DNA of 64,000 nucleotides from an uncultured Nitrososphaerota archaeon (GCA_963824385.1 CAWGPD010000004.1:32001-96000), one strand, 5' to 3'; numbered from the stretch's first letter, positions 1 to 10,537 are shown. Numbers and translations: made by a program. Notes: a model not told the origin generated them from the sequence alone.

Positions 1-48
1 AAACAATACGCGGTGATTCTATTTGTTGAATTATCCACATAATACAAA

Positions 49-3000
49 ATGAAACTTACACTACTAATTTTTATTTTCTTTACGATACTGTTAGTTTTTC
101 CACAGTATGCTTTTTCAATAGAGTCGCTGAATAATTCCAATAACACCATATCTAGCACCGCAAACCAGAGTACACTGTCCATGCCATCCCAGATAACTAG
201 CAATGTTACATCTACTATCTCCAGTACTACAAATCCTCAAAATAACACTAGTCAATCATCTACTATCTCCAGTACTACAAATCCTCAAAATAACACTAGT
301 CACTCATCTACTATCGCCAGTACTACAAATCCTCAAAATAACACTAGTCAATCATCTACACCACCCACTCAAGGATACAACACGACATCATCTTATCATG
401 GCGTACAGCAAAGACCATTTTCAAATAATATGACTGCATACAACATGACATCATCTTATCATGGTGTACAGCAAAGACCATTTTCAAATAATATGACTGC
501 ATACAACATGACATCATTTTATCACGAGGTGCAACAAAGACCTACTCTACCAGTAAATTCTATGCATTCTACATCCGTTATCTTAATTCCAAATCTTGCT
601 ATGATGAATCAAGGATCTCCCATAACATTCACTGTTCAAGTCACTGACACATCAAACTCGCCAACTATTCCAACAGGTATAGTATTTTGGAGTGACGGAA
701 ATATTGGAGGTTTCTTTAATTCTGCCACATGTGGAATTTCATCTGGCGTCTGTATTGTATCATATATGCCACCGCAAAATTATGTTGGTACAATAACAAT
801 AACTGCAAGCTATGCTGGAGATAGTATGCACTCTAGCAGCTCTAACACGTCCACTTTGACATCAAGCATGCTTCATGTAGTTATCACAACTATCGTACCA
901 AACATTATTCCAATAACTCCTGGTTCAGAGGTACGGTTTACTGCAACACTTACCGATACATCGAATCTACCAATCACTCCCACTGGAACTATATCGTGGA
1001 GTGACGGAAATGTAGGAGGCGTATTTAGTACTTCTTACTGTATTTTGTCGTCTGGAATCTGTACTGTATCATATACCCCGCCGCAAAATTATGCAAGTGA
1101 GATAATAATAACTGCAAGCTACGGCGGAGATGTTTCCCATTCTCCAAGTGTGGGAACATTTATCGTTCCACCCAATCTACTTGATAACACTACAACAACT
1201 ATTGTACCCAATATTGTTACAGTTAATCCAGGATCTCAAGTGCAACTGGGGGTATCAGTATATGATGCATACCACTCACAATCCATTCCAACTGGTACTG
1301 TATTTTGGAGCGATGGTAATTCAGGTGGCACATTTAATCCAATTTCATGCATGCTTTCATCGGGGAATTGTACTGTATCATATACCGCTTCTAGCACCCC
1401 CCCAAATTCAATAATAATGACTGCTGAATATCAGGGGGACAACATACACTCTAGTAGTGCAGGCACTTCATCTATAATTACATCTTCTCGTTCTAATACT
1501 ATCACAACTGTCACACCAAACCCAGTGACAATACCTAGAGGTTCTTATGAATTGTTTACTGCAACACTTGCTGATACGTCCAGCTCACCAGAACCCGTCA
1601 CTGGTACTGTATCATGGAGTGACGATAATTCAGGTGGCACATTTAATCCAGTCTCCTGTATCATTTTGTCCAACACCTGTACTGTTTCATATACTCCTTT
1701 GGCATCATCTGCAAATCAAATAACAGTTAATGCCACATATGGCGGAGACAACACACATTCTAGTAGCTTTGGCACATCGCAATCGTCCATAATTGTACTT
1801 CCACCTTCACTCTCGTTGAATACTGATCAATTGTATTATGCGTATGGAGATGCAGTTACTTTATCGGTTAAACTTCCAGGCCAAAGTCTCCAAAGCATTG
1901 CTGTTGGAGTTTCAAATCCAAAAGGTGACAATATCATATCAAGAACAATAACGACAGATGAGAATGGAACAGGATCCATGCAATTCAAAATTCCGGATAG
2001 TTATCAGACTGGAGTCTACCAAGATGTTGTCAATGCGCTTGTTGATGGAAGAAATTATACAAACTCCACCCAGTTTACGGTACTCAAATCTCATGGTGTA
2101 GCAATTGACTCGGTACAAATCACAAATCAGCAAGGAAGTCCTGTTTCAATGCTAGCAAAGGGTCAGAACGGATTTATCAAGGTCTCACTTTCATCAGATG
2201 AAAAAATGCCTGCACTCTTGACACTCAATCTCTTTGATGCCAACCAGAGTAGTCTTGGAACCACATCTATCCAATCAATTGTAAATCCTGGGACTTCGCA
2301 ACTAATCCTGTCATTTTTCATCCCATCTAATGTCCAAGCTGGATTGGCAAATGTTTTCACTGATGTATATTCTGATTGGCCAACCAATGGAGGAACGCCG
2401 CTGACTCCAGAGTCTTGTCTTGCAGCGGATCTCCAGAATCCCTCTACACTTCCAATATCATATGTACCAGTCCCTTCACACAGCTGCGCAAGTTCATCTA
2501 ATGGCCCATCTCCCGGAATTGGAAATACGCTATCTACCGCAATGACAAGTAACCAAGATTATGCAACACTTGGAGTTGTAATCCAAAATGATACCATGAC
2601 ATTTATGAGTCCTAGTGAGGCGCATCTTCTCGCACTTGCATATGAGAACGGCACGGCAAAAAATAATTCAATCAGTTCAGTAGGAACAGTACATGTTAAT
2701 CTGAGTAGTATGAGTTCAAATGGTACAAGTATCACAGTTTCTGGAAGTCCATCCAATTCAACTTCAATTCAATTTACAACACTGGTAGGCTCAAGTCTTC
2801 AAAACAATCCCATGGCAACAAAAATTTTGCAAGAGATTACTGCATCCAAGCAACAGGTAGCAAACATTTTAGGAAATGAGACTGCCAATACACTAAATCA
2901 ACAATTGGTTTTACAGCAAAGACAGGCAGCATCTAGTCAACTCAAACAAGACCTTACCACACTTGAACAGGCAAGTGCGTCCACTACACCGGATGTAGCA

Positions 3001-3681
3001 TATTCAAACTTTCTTACAACAGTGAGTGACAATAAAACTATACCTGTATTCCAAGATGAATTTAATTTCATGAAACAGAGAATATCTGTAGCAAATACTG
3101 CAATGCAGAATACACTTAACACTGGAGGAAGTTTAGAACAAGCACTTGCAGTCTTTGACCAATATGCTACCATAAACTATGTCCAAATGGTCAGCATTAA
3201 CAACGAATTGGAGGTTGAAAATGGCCTTGCAGATAATAAAATCCAATCATGCTTTAATGATATGGGGCAGCTAACTGTCATAAATGGAATAAATCCATGT
3301 GTTGCAAATGTAGAAAATAATTCTACGGAACCAAGCGGAATCACAATTGTATCAGTACAACCTACTGACCAGCAAGGTAATCCTGTATCCTTGATACAAA
3401 GAGGACAGACTGGATATGTCAAGGTAGTAATTGACTCTGCGGTAACTGGGCAATCTCTTATAACTGTAAATATCTTTGACTCTAACGTAAGTAGTCTTGG
3501 CACTGCATCTGCACAGTACGCATTAAGCCCAGGACAATCACAAGTAATTCTTCCATATTATGTCCCGTCAGATTCTGCGGCAGGATTATCTAGTGTCTAT
3601 GCCAATGTATTTACAGACTGGCCAAATAAGGGAGGGGTACCACAATCCAATGAACTATCATACTTTGTCGGAATTTCATAG
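49..3681 (+). CDS. Large secreted S/T/N-rich surface protein with four Ig-like repeats and a duplicated beta-sandwich-like domain
   Basis: Signal peptide; four ~100-aa repeats (WSDG..C..C.V.Y..Y.GD..H..S); domain at aa ~685-790 recurs at the C-terminus (Q.T.QQG.PVS..G..G..KV ... DWP..GG.P). Confidence 0.8.
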   Translation: MKLTLLIFIFFTILLVFPQYAFSIESLNNSNNTISSTANQSTLSMPSQITSNVTSTISSTTNPQNNTSQSSTISSTTNPQNNTSHSSTIASTTNPQNNTSQSSTPPTQGYNTTSSYHGVQQRPFSNNMTAYNMTSSYHGVQQRPFSNNMTAYNMTSFYHEVQQRPTLPVNSMHSTSVILIPNLAMMNQGSPITFTVQVTDTSNSPTIPTGIVFWSDGNIGGFFNSATCGISSGVCIVSYMPPQNYVGTITITASYAGDSMHSSSSNTSTLTSSMLHVVITTIVPNIIPITPGSEVRFTATLTDTSNLPITPTGTISWSDGNVGGVFSTSYCILSSGICTVSYTPPQNYASEIIITASYGGDVSHSPSVGTFIVPPNLLDNTTTTIVPNIVTVNPGSQVQLGVSVYDAYHSQSIPTGTVFWSDGNSGGTFNPISCMLSSGNCTVSYTASSTPPNSIIMTAEYQGDNIHSSSAGTSSIITSSRSNTITTVTPNPVTIPRGSYELFTATLADTSSSPEPVTGTVSWSDDNSGGTFNPVSCIILSNTCTVSYTPLASSANQITVNATYGGDNTHSSSFGTSQSSIIVLPPSLSLNTDQLYYAYGDAVTLSVKLPGQSLQSIAVGVSNPKGDNIISRTITTDENGTGSMQFKIPDSYQTGVYQDVVNALVDGRNYTNSTQFTVLKSHGVAIDSVQITNQQGSPVSMLAKGQNGFIKVSLSSDEKMPALLTLNLFDANQSSLGTTSIQSIVNPGTSQLILSFFIPSNVQAGLANVFTDVYSDWPTNGGTPLTPESCLAADLQNPSTLPISYVPVPSHSCASSSNGPSPGIGNTLSTAMTSNQDYATLGVVIQNDTMTFMSPSEAHLLALAYENGTAKNNSISSVGTVHVNLSSMSSNGTSITVSGSPSNSTSIQFTTLVGSSLQNNPMATKILQEITASKQQVANILGNETANTLNQQLVLQQRQAASSQLKQDLTTLEQASASTTPDVAYSNFLTTVSDNKTIPVFQDEFNFMKQRISVANTAMQNTLNTGGSLEQALAVFDQYATINYVQMVSINNELEVENGLADNKIQSCFNDMGQLTVINGINPCVANVENNSTEPSGITIVSVQPTDQQGNPVSLIQRGQTGYVKVVIDSAVTGQSLITVNIFDSNVSSLGTASAQYALSPGQSQVILPYYVPSDSAAGLSSVYANVFTDWPNKGGVPQSNELSYFVGIS
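209..360 (+). repeat. Intragenic 48-bp tandem repeat x3 (SSTISSTTNPQNNTSQ)
   Basis: catctactatctccagtactacaaatcctcaaaataacactagtca repeated with 48-nt period. Confidence 0.85.
385..542 (+). repeat. Intragenic 63-bp tandem repeat x2.5 (TSSYHGVQQRPFSNNMTAYNM)
   Basis: acatcatcttatcatgg at 385 and 448, degenerate third copy at 511. Confidence 0.85.
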
Positions 3682-4153
3682 ACAAAACCTGAATAGGTTC
3701 CTATTCATATTTATGGCGGCATTACTTGCATTTTCAGGAATATCCGATTCTTTTGCACAGATAGAACAATCCATAACTCTTGTTACAAACAAGGACGCTT
3801 ATCTTCCAGGGGACACCGTTCAACTAAGCGGTGTAGTGACAGGACAGTCAAACGTATTAGTTGCATTGCAAATCAAAGATTCTTCTGGAAATCTAATACT
3901 CATTAGAACTGTTCAATCGGATCAAAATGGAAACTTTGCACTACAGTTTAAGATTCCGCCTACTGCAACATCTGGCAATTTCAACATAGCAGCCAGCGCA
4001 AAGATCAATGGTTTCATTGTAACACAAACCAAGACAATGGCTGCAACGGTTCCAGAGTTTGGCAATCTATCAATGTCTATGTTTGTGATTTCATTCATTT
4101 TAATTATTACAGTATTTACTTTTTCAAGCAAATTCAAAATGTATCAGAGATAA
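3650..4153 (+). CDS. PEFG-CTERM sorting-domain surface protein (start uncertain, 3650-3713)
   Basis: Signal-like hydrophobic N-terminus, Ig/MG2-like domain (TNKDAYLPGDTV), VPEFG + TM helix + basic tail. Confidence 0.8.
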   Translation: MNYHTLSEFHRQNLNRFLFIFMAALLAFSGISDSFAQIEQSITLVTNKDAYLPGDTVQLSGVVTGQSNVLVALQIKDSSGNLILIRTVQSDQNGNFALQFKIPPTATSGNFNIAASAKINGFIVTQTKTMAATVPEFGNLSMSMFVISFILIITVFTFSSKFKMYQR

Positions 4154-4196
4154 GCATCTAAAAACTTACAAATAGATGTAAATCCAACTAGTAAAT

Positions 4197-5333
4197 ATGA
4201 CAATAAAAAATATCACAGTTTTGGGGTCTGGGATAATGGGACATGGTATTGCTCAAGTGTCTGCAATGGCAGGATACAGTGTAATTTTACGCGATATAGA
4301 ACAACAATTTCTTGACAAGGCCATGGAAAAAATCAAGTGGTCATTAGACAAGCTAGTATCAAAACAAAAAATAACAGAACAGCAAGGAAAAGAAATATTT
4401 TCAAGGATTACACCGATTGTAGATTTGGCCCAATCTCTCAAAGATTGTGATTTGATGATCGAAGTAGTACCCGAAATAATGGAATTAAAGAAAAAAGTAT
4501 ATGTCGAAGTAGACAAAGTTGCTCAACAAAAGACAGTCTTTGCATCTAACACAAGCACTTTACCTATTACAGAAATTGCAAATACTACATCAAGACCAGA
4601 GAGATTTATCGGAATCCACTTTTTCAATCCGCCACAATTGATGAAGCTGGTTGAAGTAATTCCAGGACAGAAAACATCAAAGGAATTGTTAGATGCAACA
4701 ATTAACTTTGTAAAATCAGTCTCAAAAGAACCAGTTGTATGTAAAAAAGACGTACCTGGATTTATTGTAAATAGACTATTCATTCCGCTAATACATGAGG
4801 CTGCATACGCAATGGATCGCACAGGTGCAACAAAAGAAGAGATTGATTCTGCAGTAAAATTCACATTACATTTTCCGATGGGCATATTTGAATTGGCAGA
4901 CTTTACAGGAATGGATGTAATTCACAAAGCTACAACAGAGATGCATTCTAGAGACAAAAAGGTCATCAACCCCCATCCGTTAATTGAAAAACTATACAAT
5001 GAAAAGAAACTAGGACAAAAAACTGGAGAAGGATTCTACAAGTATTCTGGAGAGCAATATGAGAGAATCAATCTAACTGAAGATCTTGCAAAGAAATTCA
5101 ATCCAATACAACTGCTAGGAAATATACTGAATAATGCTGCGTGGCTTGTAACAAATCAGGCAAGTGATGTTCCGGAGATTGAAAAGGCGTTGTTACTTGG
5201 AATGGGCCTCAAAAAGCCATTATTTGATACAGCAAAAGAATTTGGAATACAAAAAATCGTAGAGGAATTACAAAAACTATCTAAAGAGAATCAGTTCTAT
5301 GAACCAGACCCGTATTTAAAATCTATAAGGTAG
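4197..5333 (+). CDS. 3-hydroxyacyl-CoA (probably 3-hydroxybutyryl-CoA) dehydrogenase
   Basis: GSGIMGHGIA Rossmann motif, SNTST, HFFNP catalytic motif, PGFIVNR. Confidence 0.92.
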   Translation: MTIKNITVLGSGIMGHGIAQVSAMAGYSVILRDIEQQFLDKAMEKIKWSLDKLVSKQKITEQQGKEIFSRITPIVDLAQSLKDCDLMIEVVPEIMELKKKVYVEVDKVAQQKTVFASNTSTLPITEIANTTSRPERFIGIHFFNPPQLMKLVEVIPGQKTSKELLDATINFVKSVSKEPVVCKKDVPGFIVNRLFIPLIHEAAYAMDRTGATKEEIDSAVKFTLHFPMGIFELADFTGMDVIHKATTEMHSRDKKVINPHPLIEKLYNEKKLGQKTGEGFYKYSGEQYERINLTEDLAKKFNPIQLLGNILNNAAWLVTNQASDVPEIEKALLLGMGLKKPLFDTAKEFGIQKIVEELQKLSKENQFYEPDPYLKSIR

Positions 5334-5838
5334 AATTAATTTTTGCCAGAATTACTGTAACAGCTTCTTTTGGTGTATCTACTCCAATTATCATGACATT
5401 TTTCCTATGATCTAGATATTGGTCTGCATATTTTTCTGCAACCCCTCCACTTGTTTTGATTGCAACAATTGGTTTTTTGTGCATGTATGCAGCACAAGTT
5501 TCAGATAATGTTCCAGACCCTCCACCAATAATTATAACCCCATCCCCTGATAACGCAGTAACAAAATCTCTTGCAAGACCAATGCCTGTTGGAATTACAA
5601 TGTCACAATACTCATTTGCAAATGACGCGTCATTTTGAGGTATTATTCCAACAACTAAACCTCCACCATCTTTTGCACCATGGCTTGCAGCCTTCATCAC
5701 ACCGTCTAATCCTCCTGTGATTAAAACAGCTCCTGACTTGGCAATCTCAATTCCTGTGTCATATGCAATTTTAACAAGTTCTGGAGTGGTTCCGTTTTCA
5801 TTATTTCCTATAATCGTAATCTGTATCTTTCTTGGCAA
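5323..5838 (-). CDS. LOG / TIGR00725-like nucleotide-binding protein
   Basis: ITGGLDGVM, GIIP, GGGSGTLSE motifs. Confidence 0.8.
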   Translation of the reverse strand: MPRKIQITIIGNNENGTTPELVKIAYDTGIEIAKSGAVLITGGLDGVMKAASHGAKDGGGLVVGIIPQNDASFANEYCDIVIPTGIGLARDFVTALSGDGVIIIGGGSGTLSETCAAYMHKKPIVAIKTSGGVAEKYADQYLDHRKNVMIIGVDTPKEAVTVILAKINSTL

Positions 5839-5898
5839 ACAAATATGATCTAAAATGCGATAATAAAAATGGTATTTAGAAAATGAAAGAGAAAATAC

Positions 5899-7872
5899 CT
5901 AAGATGAGGTGTTTGTCTCATTCTTTGGAGTCTCTGTTGTAGAAACTGTACCTTCAGGTTTAGTTGCGGCGGTTTCTGTTTTCTTCTTTCTTGGAGCACG
6001 TGGTTTCTTCACTTTGACTTCAGTACTGGTTTTAACACTTTTTGATTTTTCAGTTGTAATAGTTTGTAGTTTTGGTTGTGGGGATGTTTGTGATGGTTGT
6101 GGTCTTTGTCCCTGTTGTGGTCTGTTACCTTGTTGTGGTTTCTGACCTGGTTGTTGTGGTCTTTGTCCCTGTTGTGGTCTGTTACCTTGTTGTGGTTTCT
6201 GACCTGGTTGTTGTGGTCTTTGTCCCTGTTGTGGTCTGTTACCTTGTTGTGGTTTCTGACCTGGTTGTTGTGGTCTTTGTCCCTGTTGTGGTCTGTTACC
6301 TTGTTGTGGTTTCTGACCTGGTTGTTGTGGTCTTTGTCCCTGTTGTGGTCTGTTACCTTGTTGTGGTTTCTGACCTGGTTGTTGTGGTCTTTGTCCCTGT
6401 TGTGGTCTGTTACCTTGTTGTGGTTTCTGACCTGGTTGTTGTGGTCTTTGTCCCTGTTGTGGTCTGTTACCTTGTTGTGGTTTCTGACCTGGTTGTTGTG
6501 GTCTTTGTCCCTGTTGTGGTCTGTTACCTTGTTGTGGTTTCTGACCTGGTTGTTGTGGTCTTTGTCCCTGTTGTGGTCTGTTACCTTGTTGTGGTTTCTG
6601 ACCTGGTTGTTGTGGTCTTTGTCCCTGTTGTGGTCTGTTACCTTGTTGTGGTTTCTGACCTGGTTGTTGTGGTCTTTGTCCCTGTTGTGGTCTGTTACCT
6701 TGTTGTGGTTTCTGACCTGGTTTATTATTTTGATTTGGTTTTTGTCCTGGTTTTACATTTGGATGTGAACCTGGAATCGGTCTCATCTTACTCCATAGTA
6801 CACTCATTCTTGCCTTGTATCCTACACCATATTCTAGCTCATCTGGAACAAGTGTTGCAGGATGGACAAATCCTTGACTTCTAATTGCAATTGCTCTTTT
6901 CATTGCAATGTTTCTAACATAATCCCAGTCTGCAGTTGCAAACCCATCAATTGGACCTGTTAGTACACCATTGTGCATTGAAAAAACAAGTGCGGATACT
7001 ATTGGAATTGCATAATTAATGCTTGCAGGAGAATTTATTTTCACTGGCATTAATGGCATGTGATGACTACCTCTTGTGTTTCCTGCCACAAGATGTGGAT
7101 TGTTAAATGCAGCACCTGCTTCTTCTGTTGCTGGAAAGTCTTTCTGTGTTCGTATTATACAGATTGGATCATCTTTCCCAACATATGTTCCTGCTATGTT
7201 GTGTAGTCTGTCAGTTGATGCAGATAAAATTGGTTGATTGTCCTTGGTATCTACTGTGGATATGACATATCTTCCAGGATACATTAGTGCAGCTTCAAGT
7301 GTTGGCTTGTCTTCCCACATACTTAATGTGGCTATTTTTCCTTTCTCTACATCCATTACTGATATCTTGACACCTTTTGCCAAGTTCTGATTTACAATTA
7401 ATCCAGTGTTTGATAATGCATCAACAAACATTCTGTAAAACGGATAGTTGAATGCACCGGGTTCTGTCTTGTCTGCTGCATAAATTGTAAATGCTTCATT
7501 AGGTCTCTCTTCAAATGTCAATTCTGCGACTCCTGGTCCCATGCCTTTTACATTTCCAGAGAATGAATCTTTTAGCAGATCTTGACCTGCGCCATACAAT
7601 CCTTCACTTTTTGCAACTCTAGTTGCAGCTTCAAATGCACGCCATGCAAGTCCATGAACTTGAGAATTGTTAACACCCTTTGTATGAGTCATAACGATGT
7701 GGATATCATCTCCGCAATATCCAATATAGGAATCAATGAGTAGTCCTTTACCATCTTTTCTTACTTGTGGCTTTACAAGATTTCTTACGGCGGTAAGTAG
7801 GCCATCACTGGGTCTTGTATGTCCTCCGATTCCGCCAACATCAGCTTTGATTACTGTTACTGTAATTTTCAT
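5899..7872 (-). CDS. fbp: Bifunctional fructose-1,6-bisphosphate aldolase/phosphatase with ~290-aa low-complexity C-terminal tail
   Basis: KADVGGIGGH, GDD, GLYGAGQDLLKDSFSGNVKGMGPG, DKTEPGAFN, YVGKDDP, RGSH motifs. Confidence 0.95.
   Translation of the reverse strand: MKITVTVIKADVGGIGGHTRPSDGLLTAVRNLVKPQVRKDGKGLLIDSYIGYCGDDIHIVMTHTKGVNNSQVHGLAWRAFEAATRVAKSEGLYGAGQDLLKDSFSGNVKGMGPGVAELTFEERPNEAFTIYAADKTEPGAFNYPFYRMFVDALSNTGLIVNQNLAKGVKISVMDVEKGKIATLSMWEDKPTLEAALMYPGRYVISTVDTKDNQPILSASTDRLHNIAGTYVGKDDPICIIRTQKDFPATEEAGAAFNNPHLVAGNTRGSHHMPLMPVKINSPASINYAIPIVSALVFSMHNGVLTGPIDGFATADWDYVRNIAMKRAIAIRSQGFVHPATLVPDELEYGVGYKARMSVLWSKMRPIPGSHPNVKPGQKPNQNNKPGQKPQQGNRPQQGQRPQQPGQKPQQGNRPQQGQRPQQPGQKPQQGNRPQQGQRPQQPGQKPQQGNRPQQGQRPQQPGQKPQQGNRPQQGQRPQQPGQKPQQGNRPQQGQRPQQPGQKPQQGNRPQQGQRPQQPGQKPQQGNRPQQGQRPQQPGQKPQQGNRPQQGQRPQQPGQKPQQGNRPQQGQRPQQPGQKPQQGNRPQQGQRPQPSQTSPQPKLQTITTEKSKSVKTSTEVKVKKPRAPRKKKTETAATKPEGTVSTTETPKNETNTSS
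6096..6722. repeat. Perfect 57-bp tandem repeat x11 encoding PGQKPQQGNRPQQGQRPQQ in fbp
   Basis: gacctggtt recurs every 57 nt from 6144 to 6714 with no spacers. Confidence 0.95.
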
Positions 7873-8016
7873 TATTGATGATGATAAAATAGTTCGATTT
7901 ATACCATGTGAAAAAAGTTGATCTCAATGATCGAGTCAGAAAATAATTCAATTTTTGATACAAAAAAAATTAAAAAATGAAAATGCTAATAAAGCCCTTC
8001 TCAAGTAACATCCTTC

Positions 8017-9327
8017 ATGAGTACAGCAGCAGCAAGAAAACCTCACTTGAACATGATTGTCGTAGGACACATCGATAACGGTAAATCTACTACCATGGGT
8101 CACTTTTTAATGGACTTGGGTTTAGTTGATGAACGAACTATTGCTTCACATGCAGCCGAATCCGAAAAGACCGGAAAAGGTGACACTTTCAAATATGCGT
8201 GGGTCATGGACAATATCAAAGACGAAAGAGAGAGAGGTATTACAATCGATTTAGCATTTCAAAAATTTGAATCACCAAAATACTTCTTCACATTAATTGA
8301 TGCACCCGGCCACAGAGACTTTATCAAAAACATGATCACAGGAGCTTCAGAAGCAGACTGTGCAGTGTTGGTCTTATCGGCTAAAGAAGGTGAAACAGAT
8401 ACTGCAACAGCACCAGGCGGACAAGCAAGAGAACATGCTTTCTTACTTAGAACATTAGGTGTTGGACAACTCGCAGTTGCAATCAATAAAATGGATGACA
8501 GTAACTTTTCAGAAGCAGCATTCAAGGCCGCAAAAGAAAAAGCAGAAAAATTATTAAAATCAGTAGGTTACAAGCTTGAAAATGTCGCAATAATTCCAGT
8601 CTCAGGTTGGAAGGGTGACAACTTGGTCAAGAAATCACCAAACATGCCATGGTGGACAGGTAAAACACTATACGAAGCATTTGATGAATTCAAGATGCCA
8701 GACAAGCCAACAGGTAAACCACTCAGAATTCCAGTTCAAGATGTTTATACCATCACTGGTGTAGGCACAGTTCCAGTGGGACGTGTCGAAACAGGAGTTG
8801 CAAAACCAGGTATGAAAATAGTTGTCATGCCATCAGGTGCAGTCGGTGAAATCAAGTCAATTGAAACACACCATACTGAAATGCCTTCAGCAGAACCAGG
8901 TGACAACATAGGATTCAACTTGAGAGGTATTGAAAAGAAAGATATCCATAGAGGCGATGTTATTGGAACAGCTGATGCCCCACCGAATGTTGCAAAAGAA
9001 TTCCGAGCTCAAATCATAGTTATTCACCATCCAACAGCAATTTCACCTGGTTACACACCAGTAATGCATGCACATACAGCTCAAGTTGCAGCAACCATAG
9101 TTGCATTCGAAGCAAAAATCAACCCACAATCTGGCGCAATTGAAGAAGAAAATCCAAAATTCTTAAAGGCGGGAGATTCTGCAATTGTTAGAATCAAGCC
9201 AGTAAGACCACTGTGCATTGAAACATTTGGAGAATTTCCAGAAATGGGACGATTTGCACTGAGAGACATGGGTGCAACAATTGCAGCAGGTATCGTAAAG
9301 GAAATTACTGAGAAATACACTAAGTAA
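8017..9327 (+). CDS. tuf: Translation elongation factor EF-1 alpha
   Basis: GHIDNGKST, ERERGITID, DAPGHRDF, NKMD; archaeal-type C-terminus GRFALRDMG. Confidence 0.98.
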   Translation: MSTAAARKPHLNMIVVGHIDNGKSTTMGHFLMDLGLVDERTIASHAAESEKTGKGDTFKYAWVMDNIKDERERGITIDLAFQKFESPKYFFTLIDAPGHRDFIKNMITGASEADCAVLVLSAKEGETDTATAPGGQAREHAFLLRTLGVGQLAVAINKMDDSNFSEAAFKAAKEKAEKLLKSVGYKLENVAIIPVSGWKGDNLVKKSPNMPWWTGKTLYEAFDEFKMPDKPTGKPLRIPVQDVYTITGVGTVPVGRVETGVAKPGMKIVVMPSGAVGEIKSIETHHTEMPSAEPGDNIGFNLRGIEKKDIHRGDVIGTADAPPNVAKEFRAQIIVIHHPTAISPGYTPVMHAHTAQVAATIVAFEAKINPQSGAIEEENPKFLKAGDSAIVRIKPVRPLCIETFGEFPEMGRFALRDMGATIAAGIVKEITEKYTK

Positions 9328-9336
9328 GGGACCTGG

Positions 9337-9645
9337 ATGACACAGACAGCCCGAATCAAATTAACAAGCACAAGTCTTCAAAGACTGGACGGAGTCTGCA
9401 CTGAAATTAAAGGAATAGGAGAAAAAACTGGTGTCAAAGTAAAAGGTCCAACACCATTGCCAGTAAAAACATTAAACGTCGTTACAAGAAAATCCCCATG
9501 CGGTCAGGGTACAAACACCTATGAAAAATGGGAAATGCGAATTCACAGAAGAGTAATTGACTTGGGTGCAGATGATAGGGCAATAAGACAATTGATGAGA
9601 ATAAAAATTCCAAATGACGTCTACATTGAACTTACTTTGAAATAG
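9337..9645 (+). CDS. rpsJ: 30S ribosomal protein S10 (uS10)
   Basis: GPTPLP, RKSPCGQG, EMRIHRRVID; follows tuf. Confidence 0.97.
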   Translation: MTQTARIKLTSTSLQRLDGVCTEIKGIGEKTGVKVKGPTPLPVKTLNVVTRKSPCGQGTNTYEKWEMRIHRRVIDLGADDRAIRQLMRIKIPNDVYIELTLK

Positions 9646-9658
9646 ATTTTGATATAAA

Positions 9659-9853
9659 ATGTCTGAACCAACTCCAGAAATTCAAGCAGAAGAAAAACCA
9701 GTGACCTTTAGTGTGTACTATTCTTGCATGCGTTGTGGAACCAATGTATCCCAATCCGAATTGTCACGACTACCTGAAATAAAATGCATTTGTGGTTTTA
9801 GAGTATTTACAAAGGTCAGACCACCAGTAGTAAAAACAATAAAGGCTTTTTAA
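9659..9853 (+). CDS. rpoP: RNA polymerase subunit P (Rpo12)
   Basis: YSCMRCG...IKCICGFRVFTKVRPPVVK zinc ribbon. Confidence 0.85.
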   Translation: MSEPTPEIQAEEKPVTFSVYYSCMRCGTNVSQSELSRLPEIKCICGFRVFTKVRPPVVKTIKAF

Positions 9854-10050
9854 AAATCTCTTTTTCCGCGATAAGTATGTGATCTCTGCATATGAGTTCG
9901 CATCTCTTCCATGCTAGAGAAATTCATATTGCATTTTTTACAATCATATGCCTTGTCACTATGATACAACTGCTGATGTTGCATTAAGTATTCTTGCTGT
10001 CTGAATTTTTCTCCACATGTTTCACACTTGAATTTTTTGAATATATGCAT
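9850..10050 (-). CDS. Small double C2H2 zinc-finger protein
   Basis: FKCETC..F....YLMQHQQLYH and YDCKKC..F....MRTHMQRSH; start moved to ATG 10050. Confidence 0.8.
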   Translation of the reverse strand: MHIFKKFKCETCGEKFRQQEYLMQHQQLYHSDKAYDCKKCNMNFSSMEEMRTHMQRSHTYRGKRDF

Positions 10051-10055
10051 AGATA

Positions 10056-10466
10056 CTACCCCATCTTTGCCTTTTGCGCATCCCAACATTCTTTGCACAG
10101 TTGACCATCAAGTATCCAGTGTTTTTTAGGATTATACCGTATCATGCCAAGTGTTTTGTGACATACGGCACAAAATGATTTTTGATTTTTAAATTCAAGA
10201 TCCTTTTTATCAAAACATGTCTTACACAACAAGCCAGTCATATCCCACTGGTATCGTGGTTCCCACAAATCTGGAACATCTTTTTCTATGCCACACGTGA
10301 CACATTTTTGTCGCAAACCAAGTTCGTAGAATTTTTTCATCTGGGTAACATAACAATCCCCGCAAAGAGGTCCCTCAATCTGCCATTCACTTTTAGGCTT
10401 GTGTTTATGCGATGTCTCTTTTTTGCAAATATTGCAAATAACAGGTTTTTTGGAAAACAATCCCAT
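10056..10466 (-). CDS. Hypothetical protein with three CxxC...W...G.LCxxC zinc-binding repeats
   Basis: Three internal repeats, each with 4 Cys. Confidence 0.7.
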   Translation of the reverse strand: MGLFSKKPVICNICKKETSHKHKPKSEWQIEGPLCGDCYVTQMKKFYELGLRQKCVTCGIEKDVPDLWEPRYQWDMTGLLCKTCFDKKDLEFKNQKSFCAVCHKTLGMIRYNPKKHWILDGQLCKECWDAQKAKMG

Positions 10467-10537
10467 GTTTTAAAATAAAACTAAATCCATTAAATAGTTA
10501 TCATAAAGGAAAGAAAATGAGAACGTTCGTTCTCTGT

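Noticed and set aside
6096..6722. Possible CRISPR array
   Set aside because: Units are contiguous and identical with no spacers, in frame within a gene, and no cas genes are present.
6072..6884. Plus-strand ORFs 6072-6884 and 6097-6768 with hydrophobic repeats
   Set aside because: Antisense shadows of the fbp 57-bp repeat.
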